From: Macrostomum lignano
Taxonomy: Eukaryota
Length of the DNA: 64,000 nucleotides
Assembly (NCBI GenBank): GCA_002269645.1
Contig: NIVC01000110.1
Location: 682,001-746,000, forward strand
Reading direction: 5' to 3'
Part shown: one piece after another, positions 1-11,729 of the stretch
How the letters are laid out: each line of letters starts with the position of its first letter
How positions within the stretch are numbered: the stretch's first letter is position 1
The notes under the pieces: model-generated
Told to the model about the DNA's origin: nothing
What the model saw: only the letters and a program-made list of their open reading frames with translations
The model's database searches: none
Program-made: the position numbers and the translations under genes

Positions 1-1046
1 GAAGAGGAAGGGGCAGAGGGAGAGGAAGAGGAAGGGGCAGAGGGAGAGGAAGGGGGAGAAGGAGAGGAAGGGGGAGAAGGAGAGGAAGGGGAGAAGAAGA
101 GGAAGGGGGAGAAGGAGAGGAAGGGGCAGAGGGAGAGGAAGGGGGAGAAGGAGAGGAAGGGGCAGAGGGAGAGGAAGGGGGAGAAGGAGAGGAAGGGGGA
201 GAAGGAGAGGAAGGGGAGAGGGAGAGGAAGGGGGAGAAGGAGAGGAAGGGGCAGAGGGAGAGGAAGGGGGAGAAGGAGAGGAAGGGGGAGAAGGAGAGGA
301 AGGGGGAGAAGAAGAGGAAGGGGAGAAGGAGAGGAAGGGGAGAAGGAGAGGAAGGGGGAGAAGGAGAGGAAGGGGGAGAAGGAGAGGAAGGGGGAGAAGG
401 AGAGGAAGGGGAGACGGAGGGGAAGGGGCAGACGGAGAGGAAGGGGGAGAAGGAGAGGAAGGGGGAGAAGGAGAGGAAGGGGGAGAAGGAGAGGAAGGGG
501 GAGAAGGAGAGGAAGGGGCAGAGGGAGAGGAAGGGGGAGAAGGAGAGGAAGGGGAGAAGGAGAGGAAGGGGAGAAGGAGAGGAAGGGGGAGAAGGAGAGG
601 AAGGGGGAGAAGGAGAGGAAGGGGGAGAAGGAGAGGAAGGGTAGAAGGAGAGGAAGGGGCAGAGGAGAGGAAGGGGGAGAAGGAGAGGAAGGGGAGAAGG
701 AGAGGAAGGGGGAGAAGGAGAGGAAGGGGGAGAAGGAGAGGAAGGGGCAGAGGGAGAGGAAGGGGGAGAAGGAGAGGAAGGGGGAGAAGGAGAGGAAGGG
801 GCAGAGGGAGAGGAAGGGGCAGAGGGAGAGGAAGGGGGAGAAGGAGAGGAAGGGGGAGAAGGAGAGGAAGGGGGAGAAGGAGAGGAAGGGGCAGAGGGAG
901 AGGAAGGGGGAGAAGGAGAGGAAGGGGGAGAAGGAGAGGAAGGGGGAGAAGGAGAGGAAGGGGGAGAAGGAGAGGAAGGGGGAGAAGGAGAGGAAGGGGG
1001 AGAAGGAGAGGAAGGGGGAGAAGGAGAGGAAGGGGGAGAAGGAGAG
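1..1046. repeat. 17-18-bp polypurine minisatellite (AGGAAGGGGGAGAAGGAG)
   Basis: Direct tandem repeat, almost entirely A/G. Confidence 0.95.
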
Positions 1047-1583
1047 GAAGGGGCAGAGGGAGAGGCAGCGGGGGGAGAGGCATAGTGAGAGGGAGGAGAG
1101 GGAGAGGAGATAGGAAGATATTGATACAGCAGCTAAAACTGGCAATGCCAAGAATACATGGGATAGTGAGATCTGCTGTGTGGGAGGGATGGCACAGTAG
1201 GGTAGAAACACTCGAGGAAGAGTCCAAGATTATGGAAAAGAAAGGCTATTAGAAGAGTTGCAAAGCGAAGAGAGCAGTCACCCCCAACTTTTCATTGTTT
1301 CGAAATCTTGAAGAAATTACTAACGCTCACACACACACACACACACACACACATCATAACATATTGTTGTTTTCAGCTGCATGAAATGTCAGTTGAGTTT
1401 TACGCTTGACCAAACTGTCTTCAAAAGACAGAAGTTGCTGTGCTGCAACAGATAAAACAATGCATTTCTCAGCCAGAGATGCGTGGGTGGCTGTTTCGTT
1501 CTAATATCTTAATAAACCGTTGACCTCACTCCAAGTATGGCAGTCCCAGCTGGTTCAAGCTGGTGCACCGCATGCGAACTCAC

Positions 1584-4500
1584 ATCTCGGTTAGCCAGCT
1601 CCTCATGAAGTCGCTGGATCTCCATTCTGAGTGTGCTGATGAGCTTTGCTGTGGGGTCCTGGAATGTTTTGGCAGGGGTTTGTGTGCAGGTTTATGTCAT
1701 TGTTAGTCCCGTGGGGTCATGAGTGGGTCATTGTTAGTCCCGTGGGGTCATGAGTGGGTCATTGTTAGTCATGTGGGGTCATGAGTGGGTCATTGTTAGT
1801 CATGTGGGGTCATGAGTGGGTCATTGCTAGTCCCGTGGGGTCATGAGTGGGTCATTGTTAGTCTCGTGGGGTCATGAGTGGGTCATTGTTAGTCTCGTGG
1901 GGTCATGAGTGGGTCATTGTTAGTCATGTGGGGTCATGAGTGGGTCATTGCTAGTCCCGTGGGGTCATGAGTGGGTCATTGCTAGTCCCGTGGGGTCATG
2001 AGTGGGTCATTGTTAGTCATGTGGGGTCATGAGTGGGTCATTGCTAGTCCCGTGGAGTCATGAGTGGGTCATTGTTAGTCCCGTGGGGTCATGAGTGGGT
2101 CATTGCTAGTCCCGTGGGGTCATGAGTGGGTCATTGCTAGTCCCGTGGGGTTATGAGTGGGTCGTTGTTAGTCCCGTGGGGTCATGAGTGGGTCATTGTT
2201 AGTCTCGTGGGGTCATGAGTGGGTCATTGTTAGTCTTGTGAGGTCATAAGTTGGTCATTGTTAGTCTCGTGAGGTCATGAGTGGGTGATTGTCAGTCCCG
2301 TCAGGTTATTCAGTGGGTGATTGTCAGTCCCGTCAGGTTATTCAGTGGGTCATTGTCAGTCCCGTCAGGTCATCCAATGGGGTCATTGTTAGTCCCCATC
2401 AGGTCATTCAATGGGTCATTGTCAGTCCCATCAGGTCATTCAGTGGGTCATTATTAGTCCCCTCAGGTCATCCAATGGGTCATTGTTAGTCCCGTCAGGT
2501 CATTCAGTGGGTCATTTTTAGTCCCGTCAGGTCATCCAATGGGTCATTTTTAGTCCCCATCAGATCATTCAGTGGGTCATTGTCAGTCCCGTCAGGTCAT
2601 CCAATGGGGTCATTTTCAGTCCCGTCAGGTCATTCAGTGGGTCATTGTTAGTCCCGTCAGGTCATCCAATGGGGTCATTGTCAGCCCCGTCAGGTCATTC
2701 AGTGGGTCATTGTCAGTCCTGTCAGGTCATTCAGTGGGTCATTGTCAGTCCCGTCAGGTCATTCAGTGGGTCATTATCAGTCCCGTCAGGTCATTCAGTG
2801 GGTCATTGCCAGTCCTGTCAGGTCATTCAGTGGGTCATTGTCAGTCCCGTCAGGTCATTCAGTGGGTCATTATCAGTCCCGTCAGGTCATTCAGTGGGTC
2901 ATTGCCAGTCCTGTCAGGTCATTCAGTGGGTCATTGTCAGTCCCGTCAGGTCATTCAGTGGGTCATTGTCAGTCCCGTCAGGTCATTCAGTGGGTCATTG
3001 TCAGTCCCGTCAGGTCATCCAATGGGGTCATTGTTAGTCCCCATCAGGTCATTCAGTGGGCCACTTTGAGTCGTTCTCCGCAAGTTAAAGTTTCAAGCTA
3101 CACCAGTGTAACTTCAACAAGCGCACTCAACGGTAATATTTGATCAACTTAATACAATGCAACAAGTGACAGCCAACAGCCAACCTCATTCACTGACGGC
3201 CGATTGACAATATTCTTGGCCTGCTGGGCGTATCGCAAAGTGTTGATTGTCTCATTGTAGTAAATATCGGCCGGAGTGACGGCTGTGGGTTGAAAAAAAA
3301 ACAGTTGTCAAATAATTGGCATAAAATATTTTTCAGTAACATGTTTGTTTGCGTTCTCGCATTTTAGAGTAACATCAAACATATTGTCAGCCCCTTAGCG
3401 AGAGACACGGAGATGATTCGAAAACGTATTTCAGCATCTTCACAGAAGCAGCAGTTGACATAAAACTTCTGCAAGCGGCATTTTCTCTCTCTGCTTTCTA
3501 CTCGCAATTTACACTTTTTTTACTGTTTGCCTTCTCTCCCACCTCCAGAGAAGATTCGCACAGAAGTGATGGCTAGCGTTGCATGAGACACAAACTTTAC
3601 TGAGGCAGATTGACACAGGCGGCAACAGATATGAAGGCGAAAGGCTTTGAGTATGCTAGAAAGTAAGGTCTCTGTTGAGTATAGTTTTATTTCATTGAGT
3701 TTTTTTGCGTGTGCATATCGTAAAGCTATAGCATGGAATCTTCTATGCTTTGAGCATTGTGGCATCAGGCTCTGACCTCAGATTATTAAAAGGTCACTTA
3801 TGCAGTTGGATTGAAGTGCAACTAAACAGGATGTTAAACTTAAATGAAAAACTTGAGTTGGGAGAAGCCAGTGTTGTTAGAAAAAGCTTCTGACAAAAAG
3901 CAGAGGTCAATGACCCCAATCCAAGTTCCAGGTGCAAAAAGGTCTGAAACAACTTCAAATTTCACACCGATAATTGAAAAAAACTGCTAAAAACTGCCCA
4001 TAAGCACAAGTGATTGACAGAATGTCAAAACACACTCAAACCTTCCCATACATGATCTACAGAATGTCAAAACACACTCAAACCTTCCCACACATGATCT
4101 ACAGAATGTCAAAACACACTCAAACGTTCCCATACATGATCTACAGAATGTCAAAAGACACTCCAAACTTCCCAAAGATGATCGACAGAAGGCCAAATGC
4201 AATCCCAACGGCATAGTTAATTAACATAAATCGCATTAAAGGCGACTCACTAGCAATCATGGTTGTATTTGAGTTGCCACCAAGCGAGTCCTTGATTAGC
4301 CAGGTGAGCACGGAGTCCCGGTACGGAATGTGGATGTGCCGCCTGCGGCTCCGTCTCTGCTCATCAGCTGATGCTGCATCAGTCTGTTGAGCAACGCGTT
4401 GCTCATTCCAAGAAATGAGTGACTGATTCGCTGTATGATGATTGAATAACGAGTTTTTCTTTGAGTTGATTTTCAGTCAAACTGGAGATAAACCTACCTA

Positions 4501-7500
4501 AAATTCTCCCATTTCTGCTCACCAAGATTCTGAATGACTTTTGCCAGGGTCACCAGAGACCTATTAATGTTGGCGCTCTCCTTCAAGCGGCTCCTGCTGG
4601 TGGCATCTGAGTCGATTCGCTCGCTGAGTTCATTAGGGAGAGGTCGAGAGTAGCGAGGTGAATTTAATTCAGACAGGTTGTGCTGTACCGAGTGTCTGTA
4701 CCGAGTGTCTGTACCGAGTGTCTGTACCGAGTGTCTGTACCGAGTGTCTGTACGAGTGTCTGTACCGAGTGTCTGTACTGAGTGTCTGTACCGAGTGTCT
4801 GTACCGAGTGTCTGTACTGAGTGTCTGTACCGAGTGTCTGTACCGAGTGTCTGTACCGAGTGTCTGTACCGAGTGTCTGTACCGAGTGTCTGTACCGAGT
4901 GTCTGTACCGAGTGTCTGTACCGAGTGTCTGTACCGAGTATCTGTACCGTGTCTGTACCGAGTGTCTGTACCGAGTGTCTGTACCGAGTGTCTGTACCGA
5001 GTGTCTGTACCGAGTGTCTGTACCGAGTATCTGTACCGTGTCTGTACCGAGTGTCTGTACCGAGTGTCTGTACCGAGTGTCTGTACCGAGTGTCTGTACC
5101 GAGTGTCTGGTGCCTTGAGAAACCCCTCATTAGTTTCCAAACCCACCTGCCAGCCAAGTCAACCAGGTGAATCTTGCTGCTAATCTCCCTTGGGCATTCC
5201 TCAGAAATTGTAGCCTGAAAAACGATGAAGTTATTAGTGATAAATACTCCATCCAGCTTCAAAGGGAGCAGGGTAGCAATGAATGCCTCAAACCTGAGTA
5301 AAGATGATGGTGAATATGGAATGACTCCGGCTGCTAAAGTCGTGCATGGTGGTCGCTGCAGTCACTCTGGAAATCAGCAATTATGAATTCATTTTTAAAC
5401 TCAACTGGATAATGAGATTTAACTTGACTGACTCAGACTACTCAAGTACCTTCGACTGTTGCCCTGAGCAATGAGCTCCTGGATTTGGCCATTGTCTGTG
5501 ACTCTGTGCTGGGACAGGTCTGAAACAAATCATTGTTGGGAATCAATAGATGAATTATGTGCAAGCGTTTCCATTTGGCTCCGGACATTTCATCAGAAAC
5601 CTGGGGGGTGGGGTTGGCGCGGCGGGTACCAAAAACCATGAAGCAAATGAGTGCCTGCGGCGCCAAAATGAGTGTCTGCGGCGCCAAAATGAGTGTCTGC
5701 GGCGCCAAAATGAGTGTCTGCGGCGCCAAAATGAGTGCCTGCGACGCCAAAATGAGTGCCTGCGGCGCCAAAATGAGTGTCTGCGGCGCCAAAATGAGTG
5801 CCTGCGGCGCCAAAATGAGTGCCTGCGGCGCCAAAATGAGTGCCTGCGGCGCCAAAATGAGTGCCTGCGGCGCCAAAATAAGTGCCTGCGGCGCCAAAAT
5901 GAGTGCCTGCGGCGCCAAAATGAGTGCCTGCGGCGCCAAAATGAGTGCCTGCGGCGCTAAAATGAGTGCCTGCGGCGCCAAAATGAATGCATGCGGCGCC
6001 AAAATAAGTGCTTGCGGCGCCAAAATGAGTGCCTGCGGCGCCAAAATGAGTGCCTGCGGCGCCAAAATGAGTGCCTGCGGCGCCAAAAGTGGCAATGGCA
6101 TAAGGCATGGCCAGCCAGGCCAACCCGCCCCCCTCCAATTGAAATTCCTGGCTACGCCACTGGAAGTGTTTCTGAGAAAACAATACTAAGGAGGAAAGCC
6201 AAGGACTACTCAAGGTCAACATTCGGTCTGCCTCCCATCAACAAAAGCAATAACAATTTTTGTGCTGAAAAAATGAAAATATCCTATCTTCTAATGTATT
6301 TTTTCGGTAAAAACCGGCCTTCTAAACTTTTCCAAGAAACGAGGTTTCCTGTCCTTCTATTTGAGTGGTCGTTGGGGGGACCGTGTTGCACTATTTTGAT
6401 CATCTGATTGCACATAATGTTCAACAAAACTTAATTATGAATTTTTTCTTGTAATTTTCTACACTTCTTTGTTCTTATAGTTAGTGTTTGACGAAATAAG
6501 CAAGCAATATCTGAAGTTTTAAGTAATGCGTGTTATTTCTTAGAAAAACTTCGCTTAAACAAAAATTTACGAGCGTAAGTCCCTAGCTTTCCGATGCGTG
6601 TTCTGAAACCTCGGTGGGTTTCCAAGTTTTACCAACGGTTTCCATGAGCTTCATCGGTTTGATAAAATAAAAGTTCTTCCAAAAGTCCAAATGAAAATAC
6701 GATTCGAAAAATATTTTGCCCCTAGTTTGTTTTGCTGAACTTTGCCGAGCACTGCACGGTGCGTTCAGGCTGAGGTTCCAGTCTTTTTAGCAAGAGTGCT
6801 CAGCTCACTAGAGTCATTTTTTACCTCTGGCCGGGCCACACTGCAGCAGAGCTGTCTCTTTTCTGTGTCCCAACACCCCCTCCTAACCATACTCTTCCTT
6901 TTTTCTAAGCGAAGCCAGCAGAAGAAAAAGCAGACCGCTGTGACAATAAATTGGATAGAAGAAACTGCTCAACCAACCCCCCCCCCAGTTTGCACACTCC
7001 TGTGTCTCCAGGTAGTGCTTCTCACAAAAGCGCGCTGCAATGAGTAGAGCAGAGCAAAAACGCTGAGAAGGGAATAGGCGATGAGCGCTTGGAGAAGTTG
7101 GCCTTTCTAAGAAACTGGTGCACTCAAACTACACAGAGAGCGTTCAGCTGGCCACCACCTATTGGGGACTGGGGAATCCACCTTTGACGCCACAATAAAC
7201 CGCACATGATGCGTGGCCCTCGTCCATTGAGCCGGAGAATGGTGAGGTTAGAAAAAAATCGCTTCTGTAGAAAGGCCTGCCATTGTGCCTGGCATTCTAA
7301 AAAAACTGGTTACCCAGCCACGCCCCCTGTGGCTAGTGCTGCTGCTCTGACAGTGATGAGGGCAGGCAGAAAGCTTATTTTGTTAGTAGATAATAGCCAG
7401 CACAATGTCACGCAGGTAAAACTGTATCGCGACTTTCAGATGGATAGGTACAGGTACGTAGGTAGTTAGGTAGATCTAGGAAGGTAGGTAGGTAGGTAGG

Positions 7501-10500
7501 TAGGTAGGTAGGTAGGTAGGTAGGTAGGTAGGTAGGTAGGTAGGTAGGTAGGTAGGTAGGTAGGTAATTAGGTAATTAGGTAGGTAGGTAACTAGGTAGG
7601 TATGTAAATAGGTAGGTAGGTAATTAGGTAGGTAGGTACTGTAATCAGGCAGGTAGATATTGCTTCTATACACCCTGTATTAGGGTGTGCCTGTGTGCGA
7701 GTACATGTTCTCAGGTGAGTAGGCATAACTGCTTGACTAAAAAGGTAGAAAATATGAAAACAGGATAAGCAAGTTAAGGTTGGGACAACCAATTGGATAG
7801 GCAGGCAGTTCAATCGATGGCTGAAAGCATCGCCGAGCATCTCACCCTGTACGTAGGGCCCCTCCTTGGGGTGCTCTCGCACTTTAAGCGTGTACCGCTC
7901 GTTGGCCTGCCGTCTTCCCAGCAGGTCGCGGACGCGCTCGTTGTAGATTTCCAAGAAACTGGCGTGCACTCTGGTGGTCACCTTGCTCTCGCTGGCTGCG
8001 TCGCTCAGGCGTGAGAACAGGCCCTGCGATTTGAAGGTTTCTCTGGTCTAGACAATTTTTACTTTGTTTGGATTTTCGCGATACTTCCCGGATAATCCCA
8101 AGGACAACTTAAGTAGAAGGACGCAACACTCGAAATCTATGGTAAATGTCTTGAAGGCAACTTTTCGCCGAAAAATACACTACAGAGATAGGAGGTCTTA
8201 ATTTTTTCAGCACAGGAATTGTTATTGATTTTGATAGGAGGCAGATTCAGTCTTCATCTTTTGATATGTTGTGCCTTTCTTATTGCTCTATCGATATTCA
8301 TAAAGCTTTTCGTTCAGAAATAGTTTTTAAGGCAGGTTTTACCGGAAAAATACACTACAGAGAGGAAATTTCACGGTTTTCAACACTAAAACAGTGATTG
8401 GGTCTCTTAACAGTGTCAGAGAAAGTCCTAAGAGCAGCATGTGAGGCACAAAATAGTGTGATTAGGACTTTCTCTGACACTGTTAAAAGACCCAATCATT
8501 GTTTTAGTGTTGAAAATCGTGAAATTTCCTATCTCCGTAGTGTATTTTTCTGCGAAAAGTTGCCTTCAAAACATTTACCATCGATTTCGAGTGTAGCGTC
8601 CTATATATATGTTACTTGAGCAGTCCTTGGATAATCCATGCTCGACTGGCTCACCTCAGCAATCCTGGGTATGAGTCCACGCTGCTCCTGAAACAGTATT
8701 AGGGTGATAATTGCTAATTAACATCTAATAGGTTTGCGCACGACCCAGACCGTCTGAAAACCTCAAAGCAAAGGCTGATAAGCTGACTAATAATGGCTTT
8801 GAAAACAGATTTCCCCGGATCAACGCATCGAATTTCAGCAGCAATCAGTCTGCCACTCCTGTTCCCCCCCCCCTAGGGAAACTTTCTGCAGCCATCAAAC
8901 TTTAGGCCGGTTCGCACTGGATGGCTGTACAAATGCATCAAGTTTGTGGTTTTGCCTGTACACCACCGCGTGAGAGGCGCACTTGTGAGTCACCACCGGC
9001 CGCTAATGCAGTCTGTATGGATATATCGGTGTTTGTGCATCGGATCCACCCGTATACAGTAGGGACCTGGATGGTAAATATAGTATACCTACTGCTGGAC
9101 TGCATAGACACTCGAAATATAATAGTATAGTGCCTCCGCATGACGTGTATCCTAAAACGCGGCTACCTCGTTGTTCCGAGCTACCATCGCCAAGGGTTGA
9201 AAGAAACCAAACAGGCAAGAGACACCGAATGGCGAGGCTTGTCTTTGACAGCATTTTGGAAATTGAACCAAAAATCACCAAAATTTCAAACTTCCAGGAA
9301 GTAATGCAAGAGTTTGTCTTGGAATTTTTCCATGATAAAAAAATTCATATGGAGATGAGAGATGAGAGAAGAGATGGGATGAGACAAGATAAGAGGATCG
9401 AGAGAAGAGATAGCTGAGAAGAGACACAAACCGCGTGCGGGCCCGGATTTCTATTGTAAAGTTTCAAAGAACTGCCGACCCCTGCGTGACCCTCCCAAAC
9501 CCCTAAAACCATGCACCCGTCGACATCCATGGCAGGTCCAGACCTCAAAGCCCATCATGGTGTAGGACTTCCCGGTGCCGGTCATGCCGTAGGCGAACAC
9601 ACAGCTGTTGTAGCCGTCGAAAGCATTCTCAAGCAGGTCGGTGCCGAGGTCTTGGAAGATCTGCAGTGGTAAATGTGGTAAATGACGGAGAAAAATAGGT
9701 GTACAGTAGTTGGAGTACACCGCTCCATAAAAAAATGAGTTGCTCTCCATCCTAAGACAAGACAGATGTAAGCAGAATTACACAGCACTATACTCGGCCC
9801 AGCAGGTAAACTAATTATTACAAGACAAATTCATAGAAAAAATGTGCACATAAAACTTAATCGCATCAAACGAAGCGCGTTGAAACTCCATCTTGAGCAA
9901 GTTTGAAATTAAAAAAAATTTACGCAGATAATGAATTTTTGTTTGAAATTTCTTGAATTTTTGTTTATCGCTTCCATTATCTACATGTAGAACCGAGGGT
10001 TACATCGAGGGTTTTGGTAAAAATAACTGCGGTAAGAAAGATGTACGCAAAACTGCGCAAGCATTAATGCGAAATTAGCGGTTGAAAAACAGTGCAACTT
10101 TTCTTGCAAGCTTCTGGTGGGGGAGCAAGCTAAAAAATCAGCCTGCCTTCTTTGCCTGTACACTTGAAGAAGTCCGTTTTCCCCGGCAGTTGCTATGGAC
10201 GCTATGCACGCAACTCTCTCTCTCCACACTTATTGACTTGAGTCACGCCCAGCGACTCCGCGCGGTCGTGTATGAATAAATTTATAAATTCCTGTAACGC
10301 ATCCAACAGGACCGCAAAGCATTAAGCCAATATTATTTTGTTGGGTAAGCATAATTAGCTTCCATTATTCGTTTCTCTTTCCAAGTCAACGCGGTTCCTT
10401 TCGATGGAAGCGAATTACACTGTAAGCGATCGAGACGGACAAGGACTGGGTGGGGGTAGAGAGGAGGTCTGAGGAACAAGTGCGCGACAGAAACCTCTTT

Positions 10501-11366
10501 CCAGCGCCGCTGCAAGCAGACCTGCCTACAGAAGCGAACCTCTCCAACTTGTTACATGCCGCATCAGCCCCAACCCCCTAATCTACACCCACACAGTGCA
10601 GAAATGTTGATTCATCACTCTCCATCAAATTCTAACTGAAGGTTAAAGGAAGCTTGAAATTTTATGACTGCAAACACTGCATCTACTGCTATGAATATTA
10701 TGCAGTTGAAGCTCACCTGCTCCTGGGAGCCTACCAGCTCGCTGTCTGTATCTCCTGACTGCGGATAGACGTAGTCGAATGTGAAAGTCTTGAGTCTTTC
10801 CCGACTGTCGCCGATCTCCGCATCGCCCTCAATCTGAAGAAAAAATATGGAAATTACATAATTGAATATGATCTTAGATCGGCTTAATTCCTTTGCAAAG
10901 CTCAACTAGCTTAGATATTAATTTACCTTAACATTTCGAATGTGTAAAGAGTTGCCGACAACAGTGATAATTTCTTTGGCGCTGCTGTCTTCCTCTCTAA
11001 AATAGACGTATTAGGAATTTCGGATAGTATATTAAAGCGAATGACATTCGCTTCGTTTGCAAGCTTCCATCGACAATCCTCACTAGCAGCAGAGGCAAAT
11101 TAATTTAATTATTTTATGATGCAATGATTTACTGTTTAAAAACAGTACATCCTTAATTCAATGGTAAATATTACTAGATTCACAAATGGTGCGTATTAGG
11201 GATTGAAATACTAATTAGTTATTAAAACTTATTACTTAATTACTTAATTAAATTATACATTATTCTAGCACGAACTCGAATAACGAACTCACTTTTTACT
11301 TATTGGGCGAATGCGCACAGCAACGCGGACATTGCTCTCGAAACTATCCTGAGTGATGTAATTCAT
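1584..11366 (-). CDS. Kinesin-3 motor, KIF16B/STARD9 (KIF16) subfamily; 5' part of gene, continues beyond window start
   Basis: 13 GT-AG exons with consistent phases: 11293-11366, 10927-10996, 10717-10833, 9544-9660, 8655-8687, 7846-8023, 5450-5519, 5294-5366, 5147-5214, 4523-4623, 4251-4430, 3185-3282, 1584-1658. Motifs: [16 protein letters not shown]-loop [20 protein letters not shown], switch I SSRSH, switch [81 protein letters not shown] resembles KIF16B/STARD9. Confidence 0.93.
1696..3062. repeat. 31-bp then 32-bp minisatellite (GGGTCATTGTTAGTCCCGTGGGGTCATGAGT / GGGTCATTGTCAGTCCCGTCAGGTCATTCAGT)
   Basis: Tandem; subtype switch near 2290. Confidence 0.95.
4010..4185. repeat. 42-bp minisatellite, ~4 copies
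   Basis: AGAATGTCAAAACACACTCAAACCTTCCCATACATGATCTAC. Confidence 0.9.
4683..5107. repeat. 13-bp minisatellite (GTACCGAGTGTCT)
   Basis: Fills the kinesin intron 4624-5146. Confidence 0.95.
5643..6087. repeat. 21-bp minisatellite (AAAATGAGTGCCTGCGGCGCC)
   Basis: Tandem, ~21 copies. Confidence 0.95.
7446..7657. repeat. (TAGG)n microsatellite
   Basis: Direct observation. Confidence 0.95.
8099..8629. mobile_element. hAT-type MITE (531 bp) in a kinesin intron
   Basis: Termini CAAGGAC / GTCCTTG; exact 8-bp TSD GATAATCC (8091-8098, 8630-8637); long inverted arms. Confidence 0.85.
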
Positions 11367-11706
11367 CACTCAAGTTAGATAAAATATTATTCCAGTGTTT
11401 GTCTGTTTAACTCATAGTAGTCTTGCAATAGTAACGAAAGATTTACCACGTGAAGGGGTTCTGAATTAACTTAATCGGGCGATCAAACTTAAAATCTTCA
11501 TACGACTCAAAGTAGCACAGTAAAACAAACTAATATATATTGGAAAGAAGATGACGGGGTACGCAAATTTTTTTTAGTAAATAAGGCTATTTTACACTTC
11601 GGGATAAGATATTAAACTTATTAATAACTGTTTTTAACAGAGGTTTTCCAGAAAACATCAACAACGTTTAAAGAGAGGTTTAGTGATCGTTCAATAATAC
11701 TACTAC

Positions 11707-11729
11707 CAAGGACGACTTCTACGTCCTTG
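11707..11729. mobile_element. 23-bp micro-element with the same CAAGGAC/GTCCTTG termini
   Basis: ACTACTAC-CAAGGACGACTTCTACGTCCTTG-ACTACTAC: 8-bp TIRs and an 8-bp direct duplication. Confidence 0.7.
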
